Source of the DNA: Eledone cirrhosa
Taxonomy: Eukaryota
Reading direction: 5' to 3'
DNA: 64,000 nucleotides
Assembly (NCBI GenBank): GCA_964016885.1
Contig: OZ024741.1
Coordinates: 205,964,001 to 206,028,000 of the forward strand
Part shown: positions 39,741 through 55,104 of the stretch, piece by piece
Position numbering within the stretch: the stretch's first letter is position 1
How the letters are laid out: every line of letters begins with the position of its first letter
Notes under the pieces: generated by a model
Told to the model about the DNA's origin: nothing
The model's input: the letters and a program-made list of their open reading frames with translations, nothing else
Database searches by the model: none
Program-made: the position numbers and the translations under genes

Positions 39741-41325
39741 TTATATCTTTATTTCATACATTTTTAATTAATTTCATTTATGCTATTTTTTATTTAATTT
39801 TATTTAATACATTCGTTTAGTTTCCACCCGGCAACATTATCGTAAATAAAATCAATATGTATGTGATATGTGCATCCAATGTCAATAGGTGTGTGTACAC
39901 GTATATGTATCTACACAAGCAAAAATACACACATATATTGATGAACACATTGGTCTTTTTATAAGAGCAAGCTCATTAAACTGCCGGTCAACAGGGCGAT
40001 ATGATCAAAGACTAGGGTTCTGGTAGAATTAGCTTAGTTCCAACATATCCCATATGATTCCTGTCTGCTACACATAGCAATAAGTAAAATACTTCAGCCA
40101 GTGCAACAGATGTGAAGGAGAATCTTGCAGTTAAACGTATTGCCCGATTGCAGCTGCATGTTATGTTTCCCACACTTGCTGTTAATGCAGGGGGCTGGGA
40201 AGGGAAAGTGGTCTTGGGCCTGCACATCCCATTTCCACTTGAATAATTATCATGCCTGTCTCCTTTGAACTTGGTATGAGTGGTGAGTGGTGAAGGAAAT
40301 AGGGTGAGGGTGTACTTGGGAGCCTGTAACTACAATTTCCCATGCAAGGCAGTCTGAGTGAGATTGTAGTTATGGGTTGATCGGAGCAACAATCTAGTTG
40401 GCACCCTGCCAAAATAGCAAGGTACCCTTGTCTATGTAAGGCATATAAGTGCATAAAAGTGCCTCAAACAAAGAAATCTGCCCTCCTGTCTTGTTTATTG
40501 ACAGTGACAGACTGGTTATCTAACTCTTCGATCCGTGGAATACTCGTGCTCTGCAATACAACTCCAACCACCTGTAGCAACGGATAGCCATTGTGGCACA
40601 GAGATTCCTTGGCACAATATTGCTATAGCAGCCCTGAGTGATACTCACTTGCCTCACCGGACTCAGTTGCTTGGGCCTGGATCTCGGAGTTAATGAAGGG
40701 TTAATGTTGCTGCAACTTAATCTTGGAACAACATTCACCATATTCAGCCAACAAAGCACAATACATATCTCCCGGATATTGCTTTCCGTGGTCCAGATTT
40801 GCTTTCACCCTCAGGCCATCCAGACGCGTGGTTTGTATAGCACCATTGGAACGTCTCCCTTCCGGGTAGAATATTGCACACCACCGACAGCTGCCTGGTG
40901 CTTCCTTATTTGACGTTGACCGAACACGACGCTACTGAGAGCCACTGGAGTACACTAACAGATCGTATTCACCATGACGCAGAAGATTGTTTCTATAACC
41001 TCAATTTATGTTTGTACACACAATGTATTTGTTTCTGAGTTGATGGATCTATACACTTAAAGATTTCCTCTCACTGGAGTAGACAGACTAAGATATATAT
41101 GCTAATTATGAATAAGTAATATAGTTAAGTTGAACGTGACAATTATGATTAGATAAAATAATTAAGACATTACTGAAAAATATGATAAGATAAAATATTT
41201 TCTTTGAAAGTTAAATCGAATTTCATGTCATTTCGTTCATCGAAGCTAAAAAATTACAATTTGGAATGCAACAAACAATACTGACACACACGACCCCTCC
41301 CAATACATATATAGTCACAAACCCA

Positions 41326-41378
<53 letters not shown>

Positions 41379-41429
41379 TTGTGTGTGTGTATGTGTTTTG
41401 TGAGTGGGTTTGTGACTATATATGTATTG

Positions 41430-42850
41430 TCATCCCTTGAATCGCAAGAATGTTTTGCAAATTTTGCAGGTGCCAGCTATCGCAGCCATTTGTAGACTAT
41501 GAATTAGGGAGCTGCGCTCTTTGTCCGCAAATCCAAGTTCAGTGGTACTTTGGTCCAAGCAGGTTGGTATATAACCAGTAGCTCAAATAATGATGGGTAT
41601 GAAGCTGAAGGTGTATCTTGGATACTGGATTTGTAAACTCTTCATCAATGGTCCGTAGATGTCCACCTTCTCCTGTATTTTTCTGACAACGTTTACATCA
41701 AGTGGGCAGCTGATCTCCACAACAGAACACGTTTTCAATGTGTGGTCCCAAACAACAATATCAGACCGGTTGTGCTTTAATTTGGTGGCAGTTTATATTT
41801 TCAGGTTCCACCAGTATTCCTTAGTGCCATCTGTCTCAATATATTCTTCCTCGTTTGTTGTTAATTTTGTTTTCCGAAGTGCGTTCCAGATGGTTCTAGC
41901 TATCCCATCGTGTCTCATGGGGAGGTAGTAGCGCGATGACATTCTTTCGCAGCTGGCACCAATGTTGCTTACGTCCTCGATCTTTGTTTTACATAGCCTA
42001 CATTTATTGTCAGCTGATGGCCCTCCCCCTTTGTGCAGCAGATATTTGGTAGGGATTTCTTGTTCCTGTATTGCATAGAGATATCCCTCAAGGTGTGATG
42101 TCATAAACTTGTCGGAAATCCATGCCAGGCTTTTTGAGTGGTTTATCCCCTCTATGGTCTGTGTTTTATGCCTCAAGTATCCATGCACAACTTTTTCTGT
42201 AAATTGGTCAAATTTTTCATCTTGTTTGAACATTGAATAGGATCTTCCTATTTCTCTGGGTGAGAGATTTATATCAGGCTTTATTCCATATCTCTCCTCC
42301 AGATCAGTGGCTATTCTAATGATATTTTTTTTTTATGCTCATAAACCTGGGCAAGATGGTTGCCAACCTTTTTCCTCTGTTGAAGATGTTGCTTCAGTGT
42401 TACTATCCGGGTCTCATATGATGTTAATATGGATTTTAGACCCAGGCCACCTTCCTTGCGTGAGAAGTATAGCCTATCCACATCACCATTGATGTTAAAG
42501 TTCCCAGTAACACTGAGAAGTTTGCGAGTTCTAACATCCATCTCACTTAGTTCTTGCAATGACCAGTTCAGCAGGCCAAATGTTGGCGTTAGAATTGGCA
42601 CAGCATAAGTATTGTGGGCAATGTATTTGTTGTACGTGACAGTTCTGATGACCATATTTTCTTTACTCTTCTGAGGTATTCAGTTCTGGTTCTCTCCTTA
42701 TTTATGGGTCCATCATATCTGAGATTTTCATCCTGTCCAAGATATCTGTAGTTGTCACCTGACTGTAGAGGTTGATTTGTCAGGCCGTTCAAGATTTCTA
42801 GAGGAGAGCACAGCTCTTCCACGTTTTACTGCCAAATATGCACACTTGTA
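41430..42850 (-). mobile_element. R4/Dong-clade (RLE) non-LTR retrotransposon 3' portion, degenerate
   Basis: YRYLG, DVDRLY..RKEGG.GL, AIQEQEI, CRLC..KIED...C, RHD, HNRSDIVV, EISCPLD. Confidence 0.85.
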
Positions 42851-43979
42851 CGTATGTATGTATGTACGTATGTATCTATGTACGTATGTATGCATACATA
42901 TATTTATTCGCTTGGTTTGCCACTTTTGGATGAAGCATCAATATCTATAATAGTTTGTGGCAGAGTTTTCATGAAATATTTTCGGACATTTATCATATTT
43001 CCTCAATCTCTTTGTTCTATTTGAAGTGTGGCACTGTTCTATAAAGATTGACTTTTAATTTAGGAGATTCCATGTTTCTTACGATATTTAATGAAACTGT
43101 TAACATAAATCAAAAGAAACGACCGAGGCTTAAAGCCAAGTTAAAAGTTAATCCTCACGCCATTGCTTTGTAAAAAGTAAAAACGAAATCATCCGATATT
43201 CATAATTGTATTTTGATGGTTCTTTATAAAATATCAGTGCACGTTTATCGCATTTGAAATCTGATTATTTACATAAATAAGAATTTAAATTATTTTTGGC
43301 AGTATTCGTAGATGTTGGGGAATCAACTCTTTGATATACAGCTATAATCATGTATAATAGAATGAAAAGAATAACTGCGGATGGGCGCCAAGAGAACTAC
43401 TTTCCCTGCAATCAAATGCGGAAATTTATTCATTACGTTGGCAAATGAGTGCGACAAAAAAAAGAAAAGAAAAACGAAACAAAAAAGAACAAACAAACAA
43501 AACAAAACAAACATCAACAACAAAAAACAAACAAATAAACCATCCTTTTTTAAGGTGACGTCGTGTACCACAAGTGCAGTAAATCTAAATATCGTGGGAT
43601 GTATATCGCCTTTACAATTTGAAGCAGCAAACTGTTGCGGGTTCAATCTAAACTGAAAGCTAGTTTAACACTGATTTAATGAATGTTTTGTAACTTATGT
43701 GTGGATGGGTAAGAAAAATGTGGCATTGTAGTGGTGCGGGAGGAATTTGGCTGAGTTGGAGAATTATCAATGTATCTACCATCTTGATTTATTAGGGGGG
43801 GGGGGGGGGGAGAGTGCATATGTATCTGTGGGGAGTATGCGTGGCGTTGGCCATTTCTGTGGCCGGAGGGGTCAGAGAATCTGATCAGTTTAATTGCAGA
43901 AACGAAACCATACAAAATCGCTAACACTCCCGGGCCAAAAAGAAAAACGAAACAGTCATGCCAATACAAATTTTATTAG

Positions 43980-44217
43980 ACCCCGAGCAAGACGGTTGGA
44001 TAAAATCCATGAGCTTGGCTGGTCCCACTCGCGGATGCAGCCGGATCAGTTGGAGATGGTTGCTTCTGACAGGACCCGCTGGAAGGAGTGTTTGAAGACT
44101 CTGTCCCCGCGACCCTCTCAGGAAGAAGAAGAAGAAGAAGAAGAAGAAGAAGAAGAAGAAGAAGAAGAAGAAGAAGAAGAAGAAGAAGAAGAAGAAGAAG
44201 AAGAAGAAGAAGAAGAA
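43980..44217 (+). mobile_element. RTE LINE 3' end with (GAA)n tail
   Basis: RPRARRLDKIHELGW...DRTRWK similar to 34160-34320, followed by ~30 GAA. Confidence 0.75.
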
Positions 44218-44299
44218 TCATGGTTGTTGTATTTGTTGCTAAAATTTATTTTATATTATTTTCCGGTAATATGTGTACTTTTTTATATTTCAATTTAGA

Positions 44300-45038
44300 T
44301 GAGCTTCCCAGCATGGCCTTCTTGGGTCCTGGGAGTCAGAATGTTTCCACTGGGCACTGTGTCTCTTGGTCTCTGGATAATAATAGTGGACCCAGATCTC
44401 GTCACAGATCTCCGGAGACTCAAAGACACTTGGTGATCCACTTGACCATCTCCCTGCTGTCATCAACATGACTCTGCCTTTGATCTTCATTGAGAACTCT
44501 GGAAACAAAGCTTGCGAATGTTCAGATCGTCATGAATGACTGTGCACAGTGCCCTCAACCACTTCCAAATGTTTTGCAATTGTCAGAAGAGATGCACACG
44601 GTCCTCGTCCAGAAATTTACGAATTTTGTCGACCAACTTTGGCATCGTGATGTCCCTCTCCCTGGTTCACCTCTCGTCGTACCTCACCTGCTCCCTGTCC
44701 CGCTAGAACCCGGCTCATGAACGTTAGTTCGTAAGCCGGTTTGACTTTTTCATAGGTTCTTGCAGCGTTTTTGCCGTGCTTGACACGTTATTGCATATCA
44801 AGCCTCCAAATTGTCCTCACGCCCCGACTACATTGTAGAACCAATCAGCAGTGACAAGAGGTGTATGACGGGTAGTGTTTAAAGTACTGTAGTGGCCCGA
44901 ACCTTCAACTTGCAAAAAGAAAAGATTTGGCATGTTAACTTATAGTCATATAAAGTATATATTAGAGTGACAGTAATGTAGGTCAATTAAAAGTGCCTGA
45001 AAAGAAAATGTCTCAAAACTTCTTGAGTGTACCTCGTA
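44300..45038 (-). mobile_element. Mariner transposon 5' fragment
   Basis: TACGAGG-type TIR at ~45010-45038 (minus strand); WVHYYYPETKRHSAQWKH motif. Confidence 0.75.
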
Positions 45039-45899
45039 GTGATAGGGAATTAGAATGCGTATATATGGACATGTGGCTGCGTATGTGTATATATGGCACT
45101 TAATATGCTTGTATGCTTGTGGGTTTGTGCCTACCTAAAAGTGTGCATGTGTGGGCGGGTGATTGTGGAAGAAAGAGGTGGTGATGATATTTTGTATTTG
45201 TTTGCTATGCAATATAATAGACCTAAGGTTGTTGGGGTGCCTGTGTGAGCTTGGAGGTGATGGTGGTGGGGGATGTGAGGGGCTGTTTGCCCACGTAGAT
45301 TAGTTATTATAATTTTTGTAATGGAGTGCCTGGATGAGTGTTGTCATTTTTTTGCCGCAATTGGATTGGTATTGTGGTGCCGGCCTATTTGAGAGTTATC
45401 CTGTATGGATTGAGTGTTGAAAGTGCGGCTTGGGTTGGTGTGTACGAGGCTGCTTGTGCGCAGGCAAAGATACATATATTTCTATGGCGTCGTGTAATGG
45501 TGTGTGCGCGATAACAAGGCCCCGTCTGCACAGGTGCTTATGTATTCGCTTATGCTGGGTGCTAGCTCTGGGTGTGGTATTGTGGAATATTTCGATGGTT
45601 TTTAGGTAGTGTCATGCTCGTATGCGCGTATGTACAGTGTGGAGTTAAGGGTGTATACGCCGTTGTAGAGGCATGGTTTTGTGTGCATATGTACTATATG
45701 TGCCTAGGGGTGTATATGTCGCTGTGGGTATGCACAATGAATGTTGGAAAATAGTCTTACCCATCTGGATCGTGAGAAGGTCTGAAGTTGAGGTGTGTTT
45801 TGTAAGTCCGGTGTTTGAACGAAGACACAAGTTCGTCCTTTTTGTTTAGTAGTTGTTCCTTGGCGAACAAAATTTGGATGGTTTCTTCGGAGCATAAAT

Positions 45900-46735
45900 T
45901 GCATGGGTGGCACCCCCCATATAAGGTTTGGATTTGAACAATGTATTCTATTTCAGGTCGTAGGTGGTGTTATTGGCGCGGAGTTCCCATATGGGGCTGG
46001 ATAGTGTTGTAGCATTTCTCCGGGTCGCGTTTCTAAAGCTGTGTTGGTGCTGGTAGAATCTTGACTTAAATTCACAGGCAGTAATCGAATGTAAGCTCTA
46101 ACGGTGCACTCGTACAGCAGGTTCCGTTGCTGGCATTTGATGTTTAGGGGACAGTTGTTTTGGTCCGTGCAATTATATGGTCTGGTTTTATCATCGATAA
46201 AGGGATTGTTACATTTGGCAGTGTTAGAGGAAGCGATGATTGTGTTACGGTTAAATATATTGTGGTAGCGATGGTGTGGTGGGAAATATTTATTGAGAAG
46301 TTTCAAGAAGATTTTCCCGATAGGTGTGGTGACCTCAGTATTGTGAGTAGGATTACACCAGTCAATATTCTGTGTGCGGTGACACCACCTGCTAGTTCCA
46401 CGGTTGGGGCTTGGGTAGTAGGTTACTCCTTCTTTGAACCCGCTTTTCTTTAGTGACAAGTTGTAATGCCGTACAAATTCATGGAAAATTTTCTCGTTGG
46501 GGAAAAGGCATGAAATACGGGTGGAGATGATTTTTACCAAATTTTTAGTGATTGTCTTCGGCTGGTTGGACTGTCTATTTATATAATGTGGAGTTTCATT
46601 AGGGTTCCGGAAGGGGTAGTGCAGTTAGCTCTTCAAGTTTAGGGTAACATCCAAGAAGTTGGTACAGGTGAGGGACGTCTTTATGGCAATTTCAATTCCA
46701 CCCTACCGGGAAAATTTTCTTCAAACTTCTCAACC
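45900..46735 (-). mobile_element. Degenerate PLE fragment (RT C-terminus to GIY-YIG)
   Basis: NFLDVTLNL; IGKIFLKLLNKYFPPHHRYHNIFNRNTI; NC..QNNCPL..KC..NLLYECTV. Confidence 0.85.
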
Positions 46736-47459
46736 ACATCTTTAACAGAAACACTCCCTAGCAGTAGAACTCATCTAAATTAAAATATAAAAATGTACAC
46801 ATACGCCTATAAAATAAGGTAAAATAAGTTTTAGCATAACAACCAGCAATAAATACAACCACCATGATTCTAAAAACACACACTCGAAACAACAACAATA
46901 ATAATATCGACCAGCTGATCCGTGATCTTTTGAGAAAACTAAAAATAGGTTTTCTTTTAGACAGACATAAAAAAATTGTACTGGCATGACTGTTTCGTTT
47001 TTCGGTCCCCCCCCCGGAGATTTTTGATGGCATCAATGCTGGTTTCGTGCCTGCAATTAAACTGGTTCGATTCTCTGACCCCTCCGACCACAGATATGAA
47101 CGCTACTCATTGGGGTGTGTGTGCGTATGACACACATACGCACATGCCCCCATAAATCAAGATGATAAATACATTCCATTTCCCCTTGACAATTCTCCAA
47201 CTCTTCCCGCACCACACAATACCGCAGTTTTTCTTACTTATCCCCACATAAGTAATGAAAAATATACACACTCACAGACACACACATGCATTCACTTGCA
47301 CACTCACACACCCACCCACATACAAACACTTCCGGAATATATATATATATATATATATATATGGATAGTTCATCAGGGTCTCTACGGTTCTTATATATTT
47401 GATATATATTTATCCTTATCGAGCCCTCTTTGGATTTTAGTCTTCAAATTTATTATTAT

Positions 47460-47523
<64 letters not shown>

Positions 47524-47532
47524 TAAATGTAT

Positions 47533-47925
47533 ATATTGTTATACTTTGGGAGGGTCATGTTGCCAATAAGAAACACACACACCAGTTGCTTTCACTTCAA
47601 TTTATTATAATAAATTTATAAATTTAGGAATTTATAAATTTCTGGTTGGTTGGTTGGTTCCACAACCAGATAGTTGTTTATAGACAGAACAAAGGAGAGG
47701 TACAAAAACAAAGAAAATAATCCCCACCCACTGAAGAGGTCACAGAATGTGTGACGAAAGAACTTTGACAATATATAAACAACCATCTGGTTGTGGAACC
47801 AACCAACCAACCGGAAATTTATAAATTCCTAAATTTATAAATTTATTATAATAAATTGAAGTGAACGCAACTGGTGCGTGTGTTTTTTATTGGCAACATG
47901 ACCCTCCCAAAGTATAACAATATCG
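47533..47925. mobile_element. Fold-back PLE terminus (~140-bp arms) with partial HHR at 47731-47770
   Basis: 47533-47682 is inverted vs ~47773-47922; CTGAAGA-g-gtcaca..tgtgac-GAAA without stem I partner. Confidence 0.65.
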
Positions 47926-47982
47926 GTTTCAACACACGTTTTCATGAAAAATAACCGAGGTGTCCTACACGAGTGAAAGTAT

Positions 47983-48230
47983 AAAGAAAAAGAGATGAAA
48001 TCGAAAATGCAACTGGAGTCTTATTTAAAAAAAATATATATATATATTTATTTGGTTCCTTTACCGGTTTCGCAGTTCTGCTTTTCAGTGAGAAAAACCA
48101 CAGACCCTCCATCTCAACTCACCTTTTGAAAAGCAGAAGAACTGTGAAACCGGTAAAGGAACCAAATAAATATATATATTTAAAAAAAAAAAATAAGACT
48201 CCCGTTGCATTTTCGATTTCATCTCTTTTT

Positions 48231-48236
<6 letters not shown>
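47983..48236. mobile_element. Fold-back terminus of the 8458/16397 family
   Basis: ~100-bp inverted arms; GAAA-ccgg-TA...aaataaa. Confidence 0.65.
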
Positions 48237-48285
<49 letters not shown>

Positions 48286-48892
48286 TATATATAAAAGATA
48301 ATCAGTTTATTATAAAACTTTACTTTAACATCCTATGAAGAACGTTTACCCTTATATGGGCAACTTATTATTTTACCAATACATCAATCAGCTAAGCCAT
48401 TCCCCTGAGGAAATGGTCCACTGCAAGTCCACTGCAAGTCTGTTTATCAACAGTCTGGAATTGCTGTCGAAAGCTCTTTTGAATAAAGTCACACTCTACT
48501 ATCCCAAGTACCAAGTACTCTGTTGAATAATGGTCTAACTAGTTTAATACTGATTTAATCCTGATATATGTATATATATATATAAATAAATTGAAGCAAA
48601 ATGAAAACGAAATTTCATTTCTCACTCTTAGTATGGCACTTACTTAAATGTAAGTATGCATGTATACGTACATACATATATGTATACAGACGTACAGTAG
48701 CATGCACATATATATATATATACATATATACATACATATGCATACAGGTACACATACATATATGCACGTATCAGTTTAGCGGCGCTTATTATAACGTCGC
48801 TTTGTTCGTTTGTAAACAAACTGAACAGCCTGAATTTATGCCATACGGTGTTAAGGCAACCACGTCACCTTTTTGTTCAACACTGACACAGG

Positions 48893-48937
48893 AACGATGT
48901 ACTAGTTTCAAGCTTGTTAGCTATCATCAGCACCGTT
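48893..48937 (-). ncRNA. Minimal type I hammerhead, array 2 (also at 49364, 49835, 50306, 50777; partial at 51246)
   Basis: Reverse complement of aacggtg-CTGATGA-tagct(aaca)agctt-GAAA-ctag-TA-catcgtt. Confidence 0.88.
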
Positions 48938-51637
48938 TACCCATCTGCCAGATAGTTGAACGTTCGAAAGTATATACTTTCCTTATGAAAATTAAGGCTG
49001 AGCAGCCTAATTTGCATATTGAGTGAGTTAAATCGGTCAGGCATACCGAAAACGATAAATTGAAGCAAAATGAAAACGAAATTTCATTTCTCACTCTTAG
49101 TATGGCACTTACTTAAATGTAAGTATGCATGTATACGTACATACATATATGTATACAGACGTACAGTAGCATGCACATATATATATATATACATATATAT
49201 ACATACATATGCATACAGGTACACATACATATATGCACGTATCAGTTTAGCGGCGCTTATTATAACGTCGCTTTGTTCGTTTGTAAACAAACTGAACAGC
49301 CTGAATTTATGCCATACGGTGTTAAGGCAACCACGTCACCTTTTTGTTCAACACTGACACAGGAACGATGTACTAGTTTCAAGCTTGTTAGCTATCATCA
49401 GCACCGTTTACCCATCTGCCAGATAGTTGAACGTTCGAAAGTATATACTTTCCTTATGAAAATTAAGGCTGAGCAGCCTAATTTGCATATTGAGTGAGTT
49501 AAATCGTTCAGGCATACCGAAAACGATAAATTGAAGCAAAATGAAAACGAAATTTCATTTCTCACTCTTAGTATGGCACTTACTTAAATGTAAGTATGCA
49601 TGTATACGTACATACATATATGTATACAGACGTACAGTAGCTTGCACATATATATATATATATACATATATACATACATATGCATACAGGTACACATACA
49701 TATATGCACGTATCAGTTTAGCGGCGCTTATTATAACGTCGCTTTGTTCGTTTGTAAACAAACTGAACAGCCTGAATTTATGCCATACGGTGTTAAGGCA
49801 ACCACGTCACCTTTTTGTTCAACACTGACACAGGAACGATGTACTAGTTTCAAGCTTGTTAGCTATCATCAGCACCGTTTACCCATCTGCCAGATAGTTG
49901 AACGTTCGAAAGTATATACTTTCCTTATGAAAATTAAGGCTGAGCAGCCTAATTTGCATATTGAGTGAGTTAAATCGGTCAGGCATACCGAAAACGATAA
50001 ATTGAAGCAAAATGAAAACGAAATTTCATTTCTCACTCTTAGTATGGCACTTACTTAAATGTAAGTATGCATGTATACGTACATACATATATGTATACAG
50101 ACGTACAGTAGCATGCACATATATATATATATACATATATATACATACATATGCATACAGGTACACATACATATATGCACGTATCAGTTTAGCGGCGCTT
50201 ATTATAACGTCGCTTTGTTCGTTTGTAAACAAACTGAACAGCCTGAATTTATGCCATACGGTGTTAAGGCAACCACGTCACCTTTTTGTTCAACACTGAC
50301 ACAGGAACGATGTACTAGTTTCAAGCTTGTTAGCTATCATCAGCACCGTTTACCCATCTGCCAGATAGTTGAACGTTCGAAAGTATATACTTTCCTTATG
50401 AAAATTAAGGCTGAGCAGCCTAATTTGCATATTGAGTGAGTTAAATCGTTCAGGCATACCGAAAACGATAAATTGAAGCAAAATGAAAACGAAATTTCAT
50501 TTCTCACTCTTAGTATGGCACTTACTTAAATGTAAGTATGCATGTATACGTACATACATATATGTATACAGACGTACAGTAGCTTGCACATATATATATA
50601 TATATACATATATACATACATATGCATACAGGTACACATACATATATGCACGTATCAGTTTAGCGGCGCTTATTATAACGTCGCTTTGTTCGTTTGTAAA
50701 CAAACTGAACAGCCTGAATTTATGCCATACGGTGTTAAGGCAACCACGTCACCTTTTTGTTCAACACTGACACAGGAACGATGTACTAGTTTCAAGCTTG
50801 TTAGCTATCATCAGCACCGTTTACCCATCTGCCAGATAGTTGAACGTTCGAAAGTATATACTTTCCTTATGAAAATTAAGGCTGAGCAGCCTAATTTGCA
50901 TATTGAGTGAGTTAAATCGGTCAGGCATACCGAAAACGATAAATTGAAGCAAAATGAAAACGAAATTTCATTTCTCACTCTTAGTATGGCACTTACTTAA
51001 ATGTAAGTATGCATGTATACGTACATACATATATGTATACAGACGTACAGTAGCATGCACATATATATATATATACATATATACATACATATGCATACAG
51101 GTACACATACATATATGCACGTATCAGTTTAGCGGCGCTTATTATAACGTCGCTTTGTTCGTTTGTAAACAAACTGAACAGCCTGAATTTATGCCATACG
51201 GTGTTAAGGCAACCACGTCACCTTTTTGTTCAACACTGACACAGGAACGATGTACTAGTTTCAAGCTTGTTAGCTATCATCAGATAGCTAACAAACGAAC
51301 AAAGCGACGTTATAATAAGCGCCGCTAAACTGATACGTGCATATATGTATGTGTACCTGTATGCATATGTATGTATATATGTATATATATATATATATGT
51401 GCATGCTACTGTACGTCTGTATACATATATGTATGTACGTATACATGCATACTTACATTTAAGTAAGTGCCATACTAAGAGTGAGAAATGAAATTTCGTT
51501 TTCATTTTGCTTCAATTTATCGTTTTCGGTATGCCTGAACGATTTAACTCACTCAATATGCAAATTAGGCTGCTCAGCCTTAATTTTCATAAGGAAAGTA
51601 TATACTTTCGAACGTTCAACTATCTGGCAGATGGGTA

Positions 51638-51682
51638 AACGGTGCTGATGATAGCTAACAAGCTTGAAACTAGTACATCGTT
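51638..51682 (+). ncRNA. Minimal type I hammerhead, array 2 inverted arm; predicted cleavage after 51675
   Basis: aacggtg-CTGATGA-tagct(aaca)agctt-GAAA-ctag-TA-catcgtt. Confidence 0.88.
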
Positions 51683-51928
51683 CCTGTGTCAGTGTTGAAC
51701 AAAAAGGTGACGTGGTTGCCTTAACACCGTATGGCATAAATTCAGGCTGTTCAGTTTGTTTACAAACGAACAAAGCGACGTTATAATAAGCGCCGCTAAA
51801 TTGATACGTGCATATATGTATGTGTACCTGTATGCATATGTATGTATATATGTATATATATATATATGTGCATGCTACTGTACGTCTGTATACATATATG
51901 TATGTACGTATACATGCATACTTACATT

Positions 51929-52005
<77 letters not shown>

Positions 52006-52591
52006 TATATTATATTTTGAGATTAAACTCTCAGTCGTTTACAATTAATCAGCTCCAAGAAAGAGGCATTTCCGAGCAGTTAAATACATGTTATACATTA
52101 ATATATATGATAAACACAAAACGTGTTTGCATTGTAACAGACAAAGTTAGCTATCAAATGTATAGTTAGCTTTTGAAGATTATAAATAATTCTAGAGGAG
52201 TCCAAGTTCATCACTCGATACTATCACCTGATTTATGAGACGAAATGGAAATAATGCGTAATTGAGGGTCTCCACATGTATATTCCATTATTGTATATCG
52301 ATGACTAAAAGTTTATCCAGTGAATTTGACATGCAAACGCAGAGTATATCATGAAGACTTCAGTGTAACATCCACGTATTGGGTATTGTCTGTTTCTGTA
52401 ATAATACTGTTCGCAGCTGTGGTACAAATGTTTACACTAGTACGTTTATAACTAATTATAACTGTTTTGAAAGACTTATGTCCAATTATGAACCGATATA
52501 AACAGAACTGACTTCAGAATCAATTTCTATCCAATTATAAAGACAGTATCGTTAAAGAAATAAAGACAGTGACTAATTAAGGGAGAAATGT

Positions 52592-52642
<51 letters not shown>

Positions 52643-53145
52643 AGAAAAGAGCAGAAAAAAGGAAGAGCAAAAGGCGTGGAGCACGAGAGAAAGAGCTTGG
52701 GCATGGTACGTTGTATCTAATAAGGTTTTCTTCAGGACGCTCACTGTAGTGATGTTCAAATATAGCTGAATGCGAATTCAGCATTTAAAAATATAACTAA
52801 TGACAAAGATACGAAAATGTAAAAATACAAGAATAAACAAAATAATTTCCTACTATATCAAGCGTTAAATTAATATATATCTTCATTGTACTGTAACGTT
52901 TGCTATGTTGTCTCCAGTTTACTTTTAGCGTTTACATACATACACACATACATACCTACATACATACATACATACATACATACATACATACATACATACA
53001 TACATACATACATAAATACATACATATACATACACAGATTTTTATCTCCAAAATGGTTGACTGAATGTGCTTCTCTCCAAAAAATCTTTTTCCGATCCTT
53101 CCTCTTCCCACACTTTTTCAATTTCATCTTTTATTTCTTATTCTA

Positions 53146-53181
53146 TCTTCTGATGAAGGACTAATTTCCGAAACGTAAAGA
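53146..53181 (+). ncRNA. Ultra-minimal hammerhead (stem III reduced to ACGT palindrome) in ~345-bp partial tandem 52846-53240
   Basis: tctt-CTGATGA-a-gga(ctaatt)tcc-GAAA-cg-TA-aaga. Confidence 0.7.
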
Positions 53182-53335
53182 CCCTTCCCTTTTCCTACTA
53201 TATCAAGCGGTAAACTGATATATTTCTTCCTTGTACTGTGTTGTCTGCTTCATTGTACTGTTTGTCCGATGTATATGAATGCCCAAAGGGAACATAGAGT
53301 GGTATAGATGACGTTGATAGAGGTGCAGGTATATA

Positions 53336-54981
<1,646 letters not shown>

Positions 54982-55104
54982 ATAATAATAAATGTGAAGA
55001 CTACAATCCAAAGAGGGCTCGATAAGGATAAATATATCTCAAATATATATATCAAATATATATCATATATATATATATATATAATTATATATATATATAT
55101 ATAT

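Larger units (their letters stand above)
48586..51930. repeat. Retrozyme-like array 2: 469-471-bp HHR units, ~5.7 direct (sense -) + ~1.4 inverted (sense +)
   Basis: Periodicity 48601/49070/49541/50012/50483/50954; inversion at 51283/51284; (TA)n flanks. Confidence 0.93.

Noticed and set aside
48586-51930. CRISPR-like array
   Set aside because: Whole 471-bp units repeat with no unique spacers; eukaryotic context; no cas genes
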